Source: Octopus vulgaris (taxonomy: Eukaryota). From it: a stretch of DNA of 64,000 nt. The notes beneath the pieces are model-generated. The model had not been told where the DNA came from and did not search any database. It saw nothing but the letters and a program-made list of their open reading frames with translations. A program made the position numbers and the translations under genes. The DNA lies in assembly GCA_951406725.2 (NCBI GenBank), contig OX597816.1, positions 135,284,001-135,348,000 on the forward strand. Reading direction: 5' to 3'. Positions 25,634 through 40,457 of this stretch are shown piece by piece (the first letter of the stretch is position 1; every line of letters begins with the position of its first letter).

Positions 25634-26791
25634 GTTAAGAACAGTGAATGCATCAGCTTCTATGCCAGTGATGTCGGTGAGTGAAGAGTAAGCTGCCTGT
25701 AAGGCATTGTATGTATTGAAGCTGTTTAGCTCCAGATCAGCCCAAATCGAGTAGACTTATGAACAAAAGATGTTCTAGCCGTTACCGTCCGATTTTATTC
25801 CTCTCGGACTAAATTATCTAGAGCTTCATTTCGTTCTAAAACGGTGAAGTATGATTTGGAGTTCAGAGAGTGACAGAGACAACAGATACTCTTAAGGGAG
25901 ATGAGGAAAAGAAACTTTGAGCCCAAACAACTAGAATTCTTTGTTGGTGATATAAGTTAAGATGGATGGATGGATGGATGGATGGATGGATGGATGGATA
26001 GATGGATGGATGAAAAATAGAATTTCTGTAAGCACATATAAAAACCTTTCAGAAAGTTTGAATATGGCAGATGGCCTGGTCAATAGAAACCGTTTAGAGA
26101 GACAAGGTGAAGTATTTCTGGAAGAATAAGATTTGAGGTTTGTTTCTGTTAATAGACGATAGTGGGTGAGATGAAGTTTTCACTGAAGTTCACAGACATT
26201 ACTGTAGAGGCGGGATTTGATTATGATTATGTCTGTTCAGGCACAAACGATTCGTAATATGTGTATTGGTATATATGCTTTTATATTTACACACCCACAT
26301 GCGCGCGCATACTCTCGCATACATGTTCTTACGTGTATGTAAATAAACATGTTTATGTGTTAGTGTGTGCATGTTTACTCATACATTTATGTCTACTATG
26401 CATAAGTGTAAATGTATTTGCGTTCGTACGCCTTTGCACACGCGCTCTTTGTGTATCTGTATAGTTCAGATGTGTATATTTAGTTTTGAAGACTGTTTAT
26501 CAGTAAACTTTACCCCAGATCTCAAGTACTTCTAGTTAAATAGACAAATAGGTTACTTTCACTTCGACTGAGACAGCTGTTTACTGGAACTATTAAAAAT
26601 TCCTTTATTTCTGCACGACGGTCTCATGACATGAGTTACTTAGAAAACAAATGGAATTGAAAGTAATTGAGAAATCCAACGATCTGGAGCTAAACAGCTT
26701 CAATACATACAACTGAGGTTGCTGTGCTGGATGTGAATCTTATCTAACTTAACTGTTGTGTGTGTGTGTTTGTGTGTGTTTGTGTGAGTGA

Positions 26792-26862
<71 letters not shown>

Positions 26863-26996
26863 TGTGTGCGTGCGTGCGCGTGCGTGTGTATCCACATTTA
26901 TTTAATTCTATTATTCGTTTAAAGATTATAACGAGCTGGCTGACTTTCTTTACATACATACCAACATACATACATATGTGTGTGTGTGTATATATA

Positions 26997-27032
<36 letters not shown>

Positions 27033-27924
27033 TGTATGTATGTATGTGTGTATATATATAGCTCTAATTGTATTATTCTTTTTCAAGTGTTTGACGAACC
27101 GGCTGACCTGCTTTATATACGTATTGGAACAGTGGATCTCGGAGGCATATAAAACTGTAGAAAAAGTTGAAGGCTGCCTGTGGGACTGGAACCCACATCT
27201 CCTGTAGACGTGACAGGGCTTTTCTATCCAAAAGGGTTTCTCAACCCAATATTTACAAGTTATTATTAATAGCTATATGTGCTGAGCAAAATGCTTAGCG
27301 GCATTTAGTCAGTTTGTAAGTTCTGAGTTCAAAATCCGTCAGAGTTGACTATGCCTTTCATCTTTTCGGAGTGTGGCCTTGTGCTAAATTTTGAAACCCT
27401 TATTTATAGCTATATGTATGTGGTTCGAGATCCACTATTCCAAAAAAAGAAAAAGAGTTCTTTCACATTTTCTCGAATGTTTATGAATTCTTATGAGGTG
27501 AACAATATATATATATATATTAATAACTATAGAAGACTGGTGGAAATATTGTCTGTATGGACTTCATGGGTTAGGTTGCTACGTAGTTAGATGGTTTAGG
27601 AGTTAGTTATAGGTTTACTTATTGAATTTATTTCCCGATACTGCTTTTGTACATAAGGTAAATGTGTTTATTTCTAGTAGTTTAATTAATAATGTGAGTG
27701 TTTAATCCTTCCTAGAATTAATATTGAATGAATGTGGTGATATCTAAGGTATGTTTGTTCCCAAACAACACTTATATAAGTGCTGTTGACACCGCCAGAT
27801 TGAATAGTACTGCCCAGGTATCAAAACCATAGTGATATCTATGGGGCAGCTGATGATGGAGGTATGTTGGATTGTTGGTATGGCTGTTATTGTATATGCG
27901 GAATAGTTTTATAACATATTCATT

Positions 27925-28262
<338 letters not shown>

Positions 28263-28537
28263 AGATCGATATAAATTGGGGAATAGCATTTTATTTGGAG
28301 CAGTTTAACAATCAGGAAATATGGCAGGCTGTTTCCCAAGGAATATTCTCTGGTGACCGATCCGACTGAAAGCCAGGAAAGGTGGTTTATGGTTCTATAA
28401 TTGTTTTCTCAGCTAAGTTTCACAAAGACATTTATATTTTGGTAAACGGGACTACTATGGAATTTTATGAGTTTTATTCGAGAAGACATTTATTGCTCTT
28501 TAGGTAAAAGAACCGAAACAGGTCATATGTTTGATAT

Positions 28538-28570
<33 letters not shown>

Positions 28571-28665
28571 TCGGTAAATTGAATTATTCAGGGTCACGAG
28601 TAGCGTGAGAGATGTGTGTTGGTTTGTCGTCTGTAGTCGATGGTTTATGTGTATCTGTGTGTGTA

Positions 28666-28759
<94 letters not shown>

Positions 28760-28952
28760 TGTGTGTGTAGTTTAACCATAAAGGTAGCGACGATTTACTA
28801 TTTTGGTGTGTACTTTTTGAGATCCCTGAAATACTTTAGGCATAGGCGTGGTTGTGTATATAAACTGTAGATATAAATTGGGGAATAGCATGGTTCTGGG
28901 TTCAGAAGTTCGTAACAACTTTTTATAGTATACTTATTATAGCCACATGGAA

Positions 28953-29570
28953 GGCGGCGAGCTGGCAGAAATGTTAGCACGCCGGGCGAAATGCGTAGCC
29001 GTATTTCGTCTGCCGTTACGTTCTGAGTTCAAATTCGCCGAGGTCGACTTTGCCTTTCATTCTTTCGGGGTCGATTAAATAAGTACCAGTTACGCATTGG
29101 GGTCGATATAATCGACTTAATCCGTTTGTCTGTCCTTGTTTGTCCTCTCTGTGTTTAGCCCCTACGTTCTGAGTTCAAATTCCGCCTTTCAACCTTTCGG
29201 GGTCGATAAATTAAGTACCAATTGAATCGATGTAACTGACTATTCCCTCCCTGCAATTTCAGGCCTTGTGCCTATAGTGCTCAACTAGTACTTATTTTAT
29301 AGACCTCGAAAGAATTTTGTCCGGCGCGGTGACGATTCTGCCAGCCCGCCGCTTAGAACTTCTCATAATCCTTTCTAGTATAGGCTCAAGGCCTGAACTT
29401 TTGGGAGGGAGATAGTCGATAACATTAGCCTCTGTACTCAACTGGTACTTATTTCATCGACCACGAGAGGATGAAAGGCAAAGTTGACTGCGGCAGAATT
29501 TGAACTCAGAACGTAAAGATGGACGAAATGCTGCTAAGCATTTTGTCCGGTGTACCGACGATTCTTCCAA
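28953..29570. mobile_element. Cluster of dominant-family SINEs (+ dimer 28953-29280; - copy 29370-29570)
   Basis: Consensus matches; the first copy carries the alternative tail, then restarts at tacgttctgagttc. Confidence 0.8.
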
Positions 29571-30659
29571 TTTGTCTCTTAGAACTTATAATATGAAGAT
29601 TAGGTTATTGTTTCGCCATCAAAATGGTCAAACGCTTTTATCGTTTCAGTTTGATCAGGTTTGTGATGATATCAAAGTTATCACACTGGTGATTGTGATC
29701 CATTGGCATTTTTTTTATTTTGTTTAACCCCAGGTCAGCCTTCATCGGGAATATCCATGTTCAAAGGTATTCCTGCCGTAAACATCTCGACATACCAAAC
29801 CGGCGTGCATTGTGTCCTTGAGTAAATGACTTCATTTCTTGTTGCTCCAGTCTACTCAGCCAGAGATGGGTACCAACCGAATGCTGGTGAAGCCCTTTCT
29901 CTCGCTCTAGCTGTCAGACCGTCGATGTCCTGTTGGTTCACGAGTGGGAGGGCCGGGTGAGTGCCTATATCTGTCCGCGACAAGAGAGGCAACTATAACA
30001 ATTACAATTAGATATTACAAAGTCATACTTACTTGCGAGTGACGGTTATGATTTATTTTAAATAAACAGGATGGCAAAAAAAAAAAATGAGCTACTTCTA
30101 ACACAAAATTTAGATTTTGTTGCGCTTGTGCAGCGCTTTTCACATCAGCAAATAGATTTTACGCGATTCGCATATTCTAGCTGGCTGTTGCAGATTCATT
30201 TCGGAGGTGGGTCGAGTATATGAAACTGATGAACAGAAAGAAGTATGAAATATCGATATCTGTCGTTCTCTTCCATTTCCGGGTCGATTTCTTTCGCCTA
30301 GGTTTGAAATATTTTGTTTTTTAATACTATACGTCTTTAAAGATACCTTCTCGGATGAAATACTGTAGCTATAAGCGTTTAACAGCACGCATACATTAAA
30401 TATGTGATAGTGATAATGTTTACCCATATTTATTTATTTTGCTGAATGGAGGCGGTATTTATCTCCAGTGTAAAGGATATTTTTGTGCATATCTCATGTA
30501 TACAATTCCTACATCAACTCATAACTGTTTGTAGTGACGTCTAATGATATATTCATAAAACCATGCGTTTAAACTGAAGCAGATTTACTTTTGAATTAAC
30601 GTTAATTAACTATTGCCCTTTTACTCTTTTACTTACTTTAACCATTGGACTGTAACTAT

Positions 30660-30910
30660 GTGGAGGCGCGTGGCTTGGTAGTTAGGGTGTGGGACTCATG
30701 ACCGTAAGATTGTGATTTCGTTTCCTGGACCAGGTGACGCCTTATGGTCCTGAGCAGAACATTTCATTTCATGTTGCTCTAGTTCATTCAGCTGGTAAAA
30801 AACGAGTAATCCTGTGACAGACCGGCGTCCCAACCAGGCTGAGAATATATCCGTTACGGAACCCGGGAAACCGGCCCTATGAGTCTATACGACTCAGGTA
30901 GAATCTTTAG
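30660..30910 (+). mobile_element. tRNA-derived SINE (gtggaggcgcgtggctt family), older copy
   Basis: Similar to the copies at 35132 and 40458. Confidence 0.75.
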
Positions 30911-31432
30911 TTTTTAGCCTGGGCAGTGCGTCCATACTGAAGCACTGCCTTGTGGTGTTAGTCGAAGAGATTGATCCCAGCAGGACTATCTTAGCAACAT
31001 TATAGGCTCCCAAGCAAATATGGGCCCTATAGCATTTATTTACTGACAACCAGTCACAGCATACATAGACTAGAATAGGACTCCTAGACTTTTGGGCCCC
31101 CTGGACAACTGCTCAGTGTGCCTCTTAGCAGCATAAGGGTCCCCTGAGCAAATTAATGCACTTGGCCTAATAGTATTTATTTCCTGACAAGTCACAGCAT
31201 ACATAGCTTAGAATTGGGCTCCTAGGCTCATATATAGATTAGAATTGGGCCACTGGGAAACTGCTTAGTTTGCCCATGTCTTAAGGTGGCGCTAGATCTC
31301 AGTTTCTAGTTTTTTTTAAGCTTGATAGACTGGTACTTATTCTGTTGGCCTCGTTTACCGAACCGCTAAGTTACGATGGCATAAACAAACACCAGTTCTC
31401 AAGCGGTGGCAAACACAAACGCGCGTGCGCGA

Positions 31433-31844
31433 CAAGCGCGGGATTAACCATGAAGCAAAGTAAGCATGTGCTTAGGGAACCAAGGGAGTGGGGTGTATCA
31501 CAGGAATAGCAAATAGTTTACGGCACAAAAGAAATCACTTTAAACTTCCTAAAATAATATTCAAAGTGGTTTATATGATCTCTATTTATAAATCTGAAAT
31601 ATAATTTCGAAGTGTGTCATAATGAGAATCTGATGTAAGTAGGAGAAAACTTTTCAAATATAAATAAAGTGCAAGTATACAAGGGAAACATTATTTTCCA
31701 TCTTACTGTTAGTTTTGTTGCATTTTGATTGATAAACATTTATTTTATGGTTTATTATTGTTTATATCTTGAATTACATCTATATGGGGTGTCACTAAAA
31801 TCTTTTAAGTTCTTAGGGCCTCTATGGGTCTTAATCTGGCCCTG
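31433..31844. mobile_element. hAT-like MITE nested in a SINE
   Basis: Ends caagcgcgggattaa / ttaatctggccctg resemble cagggccggattaa TIRs; interrupts a minus-strand SINE. Confidence 0.5.
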
Positions 31845-32841
31845 TATACGATGGGTTTCCACACAGTTTCCCTTTCTAAATTCACTCACAAGGTATTGGT
31901 CGGCCCGGGGTTATCGTGGAAACCACCGTTCTTGGTGCCGCGCAGAGGGACTGAAGACAAAGCCACGTGGTTGCAAAATGAACTCGTTAGCCAGACAATC
32001 ATGCATGTCCTCAGTTTTTGTTAATTAATTGATTATATTTATTTGAGAAAGTAATTACAATTTTACTTTCGTGTTCTTGTCGTTGTCAGTCTCACCGTGT
32101 TCTTCCCCCAAGTCAGTCTCACCGAAAGACCGTTCTGTTTTTTATTCAAACATTGCCTATCTAGGACCATCTTATCTGAAGTGTCCTTCAAGCCTTAAAG
32201 TGTTTAAATATAATTTGAGGGAAATTTGATTGCTATGTCTAGCAGATCAAGCCACCATCATATATAAGGTTCCTCGTTAGATTATTTACTTCTGCGCATG
32301 TATGAAGTATATGCAGACTATTTACTTTTCCCATTAGTTTCACATTTCAAAACTGTGCACTTATAACTGTTATATTTTCTTACTTTTGCGCGTTTTTGCT
32401 TTGATTTGTTATTTTTCTTCACATTCTTCAGTCTGTTGATAGGAACCTTATTTTTCTGCTGTTTTTAATCTTTTAATTTATCGTTATTTCTTTTTTAGCT
32501 CATAAATGTGTACAAATACTCGTATAAGAGGAAATGGCGTTAGCAAAAGTAATAGACTCCTGATGTTATTTTAAAAATTTATTTGTTGTTGTTGTTGTTG
32601 TTATTATTATTGCAACTATACGTTTTTATTTTTACATTTAAAGTAAAATTAATAAATTAATAAGAGTGAAATAATCTGAAAATACTTGAAAATTAGTTAA
32701 ATTAGTTACGGCACCATTTCTCTCGGTGAAGAAAAGCCGAAAGTCTTATTGTAAAAAAAAAGTGATCATCTGCCAACACATGTTGCAATAAGTAGTTGCC
32801 ACCAAGTGAAGAATGTGTGTGTGTGTGTGTGTGTACATACA

Positions 32842-32897
<56 letters not shown>

Positions 32898-33488
32898 GAG
32901 CGAGTTTCATCGTCCCAGAAAAATGGGGGCAACATAGAAAGATCAATTACGTAAAGGCGTTCTTTTCTCTCTCTCTCTCTCTCTCCCTCTCTCTCTCCCT
33001 CTCTCTCCCCCTCTCTCTCTCTCCTCCCTCTTTCTATCTTCCCACTCTCTCTCACTCACGCTCTTTCTTTCTCTGTCCCTTTCTCCATTTCTTTAATTTA
33101 TCATTTCTTTATTTTTTTGTTTTTCTATTTCCCTTCATATTCTAATTTTCTAAGGAGGTCGCCACCACAGTCTGTGGAATTGGAGACAAACAAAATTTCT
33201 CTCAACTACATTCATCAAATAATAAAGCAAGCAGTCTTTCGAGCGGTTTGTTGCCTTACATCATAATATTCGGCTGCTGATTGCGTGTTGATGTATGTAA
33301 CGTAATACCCGAGAAGTTAACTCTGGATTGTTCTCACGGTTGTTTGGAAATCTATATTTCTTCCACTACCTCAATGGACAAGCTCTAATTAGATCTAGCA
33401 CCTAAAGTGTTGTGGCGAGTTTCCTTAAATTAATATAGCACGAAACATAACAATTACATATAATGTAACTTTTAAGTTATTCACACAC

Positions 33489-33881
33489 ATGTATGTATGT
33501 ATGTATGTATGTATGTATGTATGTATGTATGTATGTGTGTGTATGTATGTATGTATGTATGTATGTATGTATGTATGTATGTATGTATGTGTGTGTATGT
33601 ATGTATGTATGTATGTGTGTATGTATGTATGTATGTATGTATGCATCCATGCATGCATGTATGTATGTATGTATGTATGTATGTATGTATGTATGCATGC
33701 ATGCATGCATGTATGTATGTATGTATGTATGTATGTACGTATATAAGTACGTATGTATGTATGCATGTATGCATGTATGTATGTATGTATGTATGTATGT
33801 ATGTATGTACGTATGTATATAAGTACGTATGTATTTATGTATGCATGCATGCATGTATGTATGTATGTATGTATGTATGTA

Positions 33882-33920
<39 letters not shown>
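33489..33920. repeat. Long (ATGT)n microsatellite with variant units
   Basis: Direct reading. Confidence 0.97.
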
Positions 33921-33923
<3 letters not shown>

Positions 33924-33951
33924 TATGTGTTTTATTCAGTTTTATGTGTAT

Positions 33952-34478
33952 TACCGTAAATCCTCGAGTATAATCCGCATTTCCTTTCCCAAAATTTAAA
34001 GGTCAAAATCCCTAGTGCGTACTATATACGAGGTTAAAAATGAAAAATATTTTCTTAGCAATGTCCGAGTCTCTATTTGCTGCCCAGCAATGTTTATTCA
34101 GACGCATTTTGTGATGTCGGGAGCGAAAATACCTGAAGCTAAGCCTGAAAGCAATGAAGTCTTAAAAGAATCATCCATAACTTGCAGTAAGCAACATTTA
34201 TTAAAATAAAAGTATTCAGAACACTGAATAACATATAACAAAAACAATTTGCAAACATATTTACATTCCCATATAACAGTTAAGAACATCACCATTATTG
34301 TATTACGCATTCGCGGAAGTTTTTGTTCGACTAGGTGCTGCTGGCTTAATTATGCACGACTCAAGTTAGAGAAAAAGTGCGTATCATATACAAGGTTTAG
34401 GTTTTTCAGAGGTACAGCCCCATAAAAATCCCTTGCGTATTATACTCAAGGGCGGACTATACTCGAAGATTTACGGTA
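33952..34478. mobile_element. pogo/Tc2-like MITE (527 bp)
   Basis: TIRs taccgtaaatcctcgagtataatccgc / gcggactatactcgaagatttacggta, with TA duplication. Confidence 0.88.
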
Positions 34479-35131
34479 TTCAATTTTATTTCAAGATTTC
34501 TTGCCAATAAAAAAGGGCCGGTTTTTAATCTTGACCCAAGGCTCCTTCATTGGGATTTCAAAGTTAGCAGGGTATTTTTTGCATGTATGTGTGTACATGT
34601 GTAGTATTTGGAATCACTGCATGTGAAGATTCATATGTTTTGTTTTATGTATGTATTCTCATGCATATAGCTGCATGTCTAGATATGCACACATATATTT
34701 AAAGGATAAACTGTATGTATGTATGTATGTATGTATGTATGTATGTATGCATGCATGTATGTATGTATGTATGTATGTATGTATGTATGTATGTATGTAT
34801 GTATGTATGTATGTGTGTGTGTGTGCGTTTCTCTTTGAAATTTATTTATAATATCGGTACAGAAACAATAAGTTTCGAAGCAGTTGTCTATTTCTCACTG
34901 ACTTTTAAAGAAGTATTCACATCGGTAAAGTGGCTAACTTCTATAATTATACATCACTTTTCTTTTCTACAATGTTTGCATGACAGATAGGACCGTTTCA
35001 CCAATCAATATTCCTTATTGAAACATATATATGTACTAAAAATTAGGAATGTTTTCTTTATTTATCAAATGACAGTCTTTCTTACGGATAGCATTCTATA
35101 CTGTTTTGTAACAATGTTTTAGAGGGTAGAA

Positions 35132-35392
35132 ATAAATAAATAAATGCGCCCTTTTAAAGCCTAGCCAGGATCATGGGCCCGGTTTCCCGGTTTCAATGGC
35201 GTATGTGTTCCCCAGCTGGACGGGACGCCAGTCCATCGCAGTGTTACTCATTTTTGCCAGCTGAGTGTACTGGAACAACGTGAAATGAAGTGTTTTGCTC
35301 AAGAACACAACGCGTCGCCCGGTCCAGGAATCGAAACCACAATCTTACGATCATGATACTGACACCCTAACCACTAAGCCACGCGCCTCCAC
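35132..35392 (-). mobile_element. Full-length tRNA-derived SINE (CORE/V-like body)
   Basis: A/B boxes on the minus strand, (TTTA)n tail, 14-bp TSD tttagagggtagaa. Confidence 0.9.
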
Positions 35393-35971
35393 TTTAGAGG
35401 GTAGAACCTTAATGAAATTGTTGAGCACTGCTGATCACACGTTTTATATCTTCTACAGAAATGTAGCAAACTCCGCCTTTGCAGATGCATCTTAGAGATC
35501 CAAGGGCTTAATCGTATCTTTTGTGAATCAGGTACTTTGTAGATACCTCCTGCTCTCGAATTGCAGGAACATGACCTTCAAAATGGAACTTGACGTGATG
35601 GGCACGAGTTTCTATTAATGTTAGCTTCATCGTTAAGTCTACCGAAGACATGCCGAGGCAAACAATTTTGTGGGGTATAAAGGGGCATAACATAAACAAC
35701 AACAAATTTTAAACATAAACACACACACGCGCGCGTGCGCGCACACACACACAGGCATATACATACACACATATACTGCACACATATATGCACGACAGGT
35801 GTCTGCAGAGTATCTGCTTTTCGAATCCCATTCAAAAACTATAGTAGTTGATACGAGCCAACATGCAGAGTAGTGGAATCGAACACGGATCCATGTAGTT
35901 GTGAAACGATTTTCTCAACGTCTCTCTCTCTCTCTCATTCTCTCTCTCACTTCTTAATTATTTATCTATAT

Positions 35972-36556
35972 TCTTTTCTACTCTCGGCACAAGGCCCGAA
36001 ATTTTGGGAGAGGAGGGAGGGGCAGTCGATTAGATCGACCCCAGTACGCAATTGGTACTTAATTTATCGACCCCGAAAGGATGAAAGGCAAAGTCGACCT
36101 CGGCGGGATTTGAACTCGGAACGTAAAGACAGACGAAATACCCGTTTCTTTACTACCCACAAGGGGCTAAACACAGAGGGGACAAACAAGGACAGACAAA
36201 CGGATTAAGTCGATTACATCAACCCCAGTGCGTAACTGGTACTTATTTAATCGACCCCGAAAGGATAAAAGGCAAAGTCGACCTCGGCGGATTTGAACTG
36301 AGAACGTAGCGGCAGATGAACTTCCTATTTCTTTATTACCCACAAGGGGCTAAACACAGAGGGGACAAACAAGGACAGACATAGGTATTAAGTCGATTAC
36401 ATCGACCCCAGTGCGTAACTGGTACTTAATTTATCGACCCCGAAAGGATGAAAGGCAAAGTCGACCTCGGCGGAATTTGAACTCACAACGTAACGGCAGA
36501 CGAAATACCGCTAAGCATTTCGCCCGGCGTGCTAACGTTTCTGCCAGCTCGCTGTC
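35972..36556 (-). mobile_element. Trimeric dominant-family SINE
   Basis: One head plus three ~185-bp body units; imperfect TSD cttaatt(a/c)tttat(c/t)tatatt. Confidence 0.85.
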
Positions 36557-36683
36557 TTAATTCTTTATTTATATTACTCTACTTCTTGGTGTCATCACGA
36601 ATGTTAGTCCATTCACATCTTCATCCCAAGAATTTCACTTCCTTGGAACTTCTTTATTTTGTCTTTCCCTGTAGCTATTCGAA

Positions 36684-36890
36684 TACAGTAATCCCTCGCC
36701 ATATCGCGATTCATCTATCGCGCACTCAGTACATTGCAGATTTTTCTGGCTAATATATGTAAATTTATATCGCGGACTCTTCACTATATCCGGGTTTCTG
36801 CGGCCGATAGGTATTTATATTTTTTAGATTTTAATTATTTCTGTGGGAGGTTTTGGATCGTAACATCCGCGCTCGTCGAGGGATATATAG
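36684..36890. mobile_element. Tigger/pogo-like MITE
   Basis: Termini tacagtaatccctcgcc...cgcg / cgcg...gtcgagggat. Confidence 0.5.
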
Positions 36891-38819
36891 ATTAGCGATT
36901 TATAAACAATTCTTTGTAATGAAGCATAAAGCATTAACCAAATTTACCTTAATACATTGTCCAGGAGCAGGATGCAACATTCAAAGTACAAAGTATATCC
37001 TTGAGGGACAAGGACCAATACAATAAAGGGTCTGGAAAAAAGAACTTGGTCTACTTACAGTTATAAATAACTAAGATTTGTTTCTCTGATCTTCTAGTGA
37101 TATTAATTAAACAAATAAATATTTAAAAGAAAACTCTCTGATAGCATTACATGAACAAATATTTTATTGGTCTAAATTTTAAAAAAATAAAAATAAATAA
37201 AACCCTATTATATAAATAGGTCGCAGTTTTTTAAACATGTTTCGAGCTAATGTTGTTCCACTTATGTTTCTTTAGGGATAAAATAGTGCGATAAAATGCA
37301 AAGAATTTACAAGAAATCTGATTGACGAGGAGACATTTTTTTAGAGCAACAACGAAGTCGGTCAGGAAAACGCGTCAAAAGAAAGAATATTTTTAATGGC
37401 TTCAAACTTATCTTCTTTTTTTCTTTTCTTTTTTTTAAACACTAATTAAGAGGTTATAGTAATTATGCATGCTGATAAGCGCGTTGAATGGCAATGAGTA
37501 GTAAGACTGATTTAGCTGGATAAAGCAATAGCATATGAACATTAAACTCTACTTAATTACTGACCCAAGTTTTAATATATCTTCTCAGTTTAGGACATAG
37601 GCTTAGGTGAAAATAATACAATTACAAACTTATTAACTGCTATCTATGATTCTTTAGGAAGTTGACAACATTATAATGTTATACGAGAATGTTCATGGAA
37701 GCGAAACTAATTGATAAAATTTCCACTCTGAGAATATTTCAGCCCTATTCGTAATAATAAATAAATGACTAAATAAAATAAAATGAAATATGGAGTTATG
37801 ATATTTTTTCTTCACATTACACTTAAACAAGGTTAATAACATTTTCAGGTTTATGTTTATAGTGATATGGTTTCTTCTAAGAATACTGCAAGCCGATCCT
37901 AAAATCACAGTTAAAAATAACAGTGATAGTATTTGATTCTCTGCTTAATATTTATATGGCATAACGTTACTGCAATGAAAACTAATCTAAATTTCCAATG
38001 AGACTTTGAAGTTTATATTTAGAATTAAATCTGTGAAACTTAAACAGATAGTCATCGTATAATTTTTTTTTATGCCACAAAGATAACTGTTTTTCCAATT
38101 AGAAAACGTACTTTTTAAAAAATTGATGTACTCTTTTTGATAGGAAATTACTAAAATTTTCATTGATTTATGTATAAAGAATTGACCTATTTGACAATCC
38201 GAGCATGATTTAGGGAAAAATAAAAGAATCAACGGAAACGGCGAATTAAATAGTTTGAAAGCTTTCTTTTATATTATTACGTAGTCGGAGCAGGTTAAGT
38301 AGTATTAATATTTGTAGGCCCTGCTTGACTGGTGAGCACGCTGATGGTAATTGTTCTGTATGAACTTTTGGAGAACAAAACCAATAGGAGAAGAGAGAGA
38401 AGGGGAGAGAGAGAGAGAGAGAGGGAGAGAGAGAGAGAGACAATCAGCAAGGCGGTTTGACTTGTTAGATATAGTTGTCAAATCTGATTTGAAACACGCA
38501 ATATAGTCCTATACACCCCTTAAAAAACAGGTCGAGCTTTTGATTATAAATTTGTAGATCAGTGCTGATTTGAAAGTTAATAACAGCAATAGGAAAGAGA
38601 TAAATCGGAGGATAGCAGCTCAGTAGAGGAATAGTTTGGGACGTGTTTAGTCGGAGAAGTGGAGTGTGATATATCAGAAATGTTGAGAATATAAGAAGCG
38701 GGTACATCGAGTAGAATGTGTCAGAGGTATTATGGAACAATGAGGAAGTGACTGTTTGTGATAGAGATAAAAGTGGCAGGAGACGAGGTAACGTGTCACA
38801 GAACTTATAATGTTATATG

Positions 38820-38969
38820 TTAAGTTTTCATTCGTCTAAACTTTAAGTGACCCATTTTTGGTGGTTCTACGATTTGTTGGCTAGGAGGAGATGTACCGGG
38901 AAGTTAAACACACAGACACCCACACAGATAAACACACAGACACACAAGTTGAGTTTTATATGTATAGAT
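38820..38969 (-). mobile_element. Helitron-like 5' end
   Basis: Minus strand aTCtatacatataaaactcaacttgtgtgtctgtgtg; the 3' end was not located. Confidence 0.45.
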
Positions 38970-39501
38970 TAAACGATCAGTGTTGCTACTTAATACATAT
39001 TGTGATGTTATTTAAGCTCTATTATAACATGTAACATGCATTTAGTTAATAACTAGTTTCGAATAAACTATTCGTTAAATAAAGATGTTAAATAACATTG
39101 ATAAACTAGGATTGTTCAATGTAAATATGAAATTAGTATATTAACAAAGTAGTGAAAACAGAGAGCTTCATACAATACTATAAGGAAAAATGTTTATAAA
39201 TATTTCAGACACAAAGAAGTAAACAGTCGAAACATTGTTGATGGTAGGCTCTCGATTCCGAGAAAGACGATGCCGCTACTTCTTGCTAAACAGATGGATA
39301 GTTTAGAGCAGCGGTTCTCAACAAGGGTCCATATCGCCCTTAGGATTAAGATTGTGTGGTAAGAAGCTTGCTTCCCAACCACATGGTCCGGGGTTCGGGG
39401 TTCGACAGCGTGGTACATTAGGCAAGTGTCTTCTACTATAGCCTCGGGTCGATCAAAGCCTTGAGTGGATTTGATAGACGGAAACTGAAAGAAGCCCATC
39501 G

Positions 39502-39566
<65 letters not shown>

Positions 39567-39569
39567 ATA

Positions 39570-39911
39570 CGAGCAAAACGCCCAACCCGTCCAATGGACG
39601 GTGCTGAGTTGTCAAACATTTAAACCAAATTTTCTCAAAACAACTTGTCCGACCGTCCCATAGGCCTCCCCTTTGAGAAACACTGATTAAACCTAAATTT
39701 GAGATACCAGCAAAAGACGGATTTCGACTGATGTACTTGCGCGTACAAATGCACGTTCCCACGGCTTTATCGATCGCAGTCTCACCTGGAATCGATTTTT
39801 GTAATTTTTTTCAAGACTTATACACACCCTGATACCGTCGCTATATACATATCAAATTTGAGCGCAATCGGAATCCTAGAAGACACACACACAGACAAAC
39901 AGAACGGATTT

Positions 39912-39922
<11 letters not shown>
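39570..39922 (-). mobile_element. Non-autonomous Helitron-like element (CTCG 3' end)
   Basis: Hairpin ccgtcc-aat-ggacgg near the 3' end; highly similar paralog at 48909-49285. Confidence 0.75.
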
Positions 39923-39975
<53 letters not shown>

Positions 39976-40149
39976 TCCGAACTATTCCAAGCACGAAACC
40001 GACGATTCGTAACCTCGACCGTGATGGATATATAATGCTGTAGACTTCGGATAATATACTCACTCTCTTGACAGATATACGAGTGCATCTTTTTCCTGAC
40101 TTATGGACTTTTAGACGACTTACGCACATGTGTGTGCGTGTTTGTGTGT

Positions 40150-40185
<36 letters not shown>

Positions 40186-40457
40186 GCGTGGGAGCGCGTG
40201 CACGCGTCTTTGTGTATGTGTTTGACCTCCACTACCGCTTGACAACCGGTGTCGGTGTGTTTACATCCCCGTAACTTAGCTGTTCAGCCAAAGAGATCGA
40301 TAAAATAAGTACTAGGCTTAAGAAAAATAAGTCCTGGGGTTGATTTGTTCGACTAAAACCCTTCCAAGGCAGTACCTCTACATGGCCGCAGTCAAATGAC
40401 TGAAACAAGTAAAAGGTAATAAATAAAAGATGAAAAAACTGGTTATAATTCTACAAT

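Noticed and set aside
28500-28530. ggt...acc-GAAACAGGTC hammerhead 3' half
   Set aside because: No CUGANGA-like 5' core upstream.
33256-33300. miRNA-like hairpin
   Set aside because: Short, irregular pairing, and no recognised mature miRNA.
33425-33973. Many ORFs of the MYVC/HTYI/CV/YI/poly-I/poly-N type
   Set aside because: These are translations of microsatellites, not genes.
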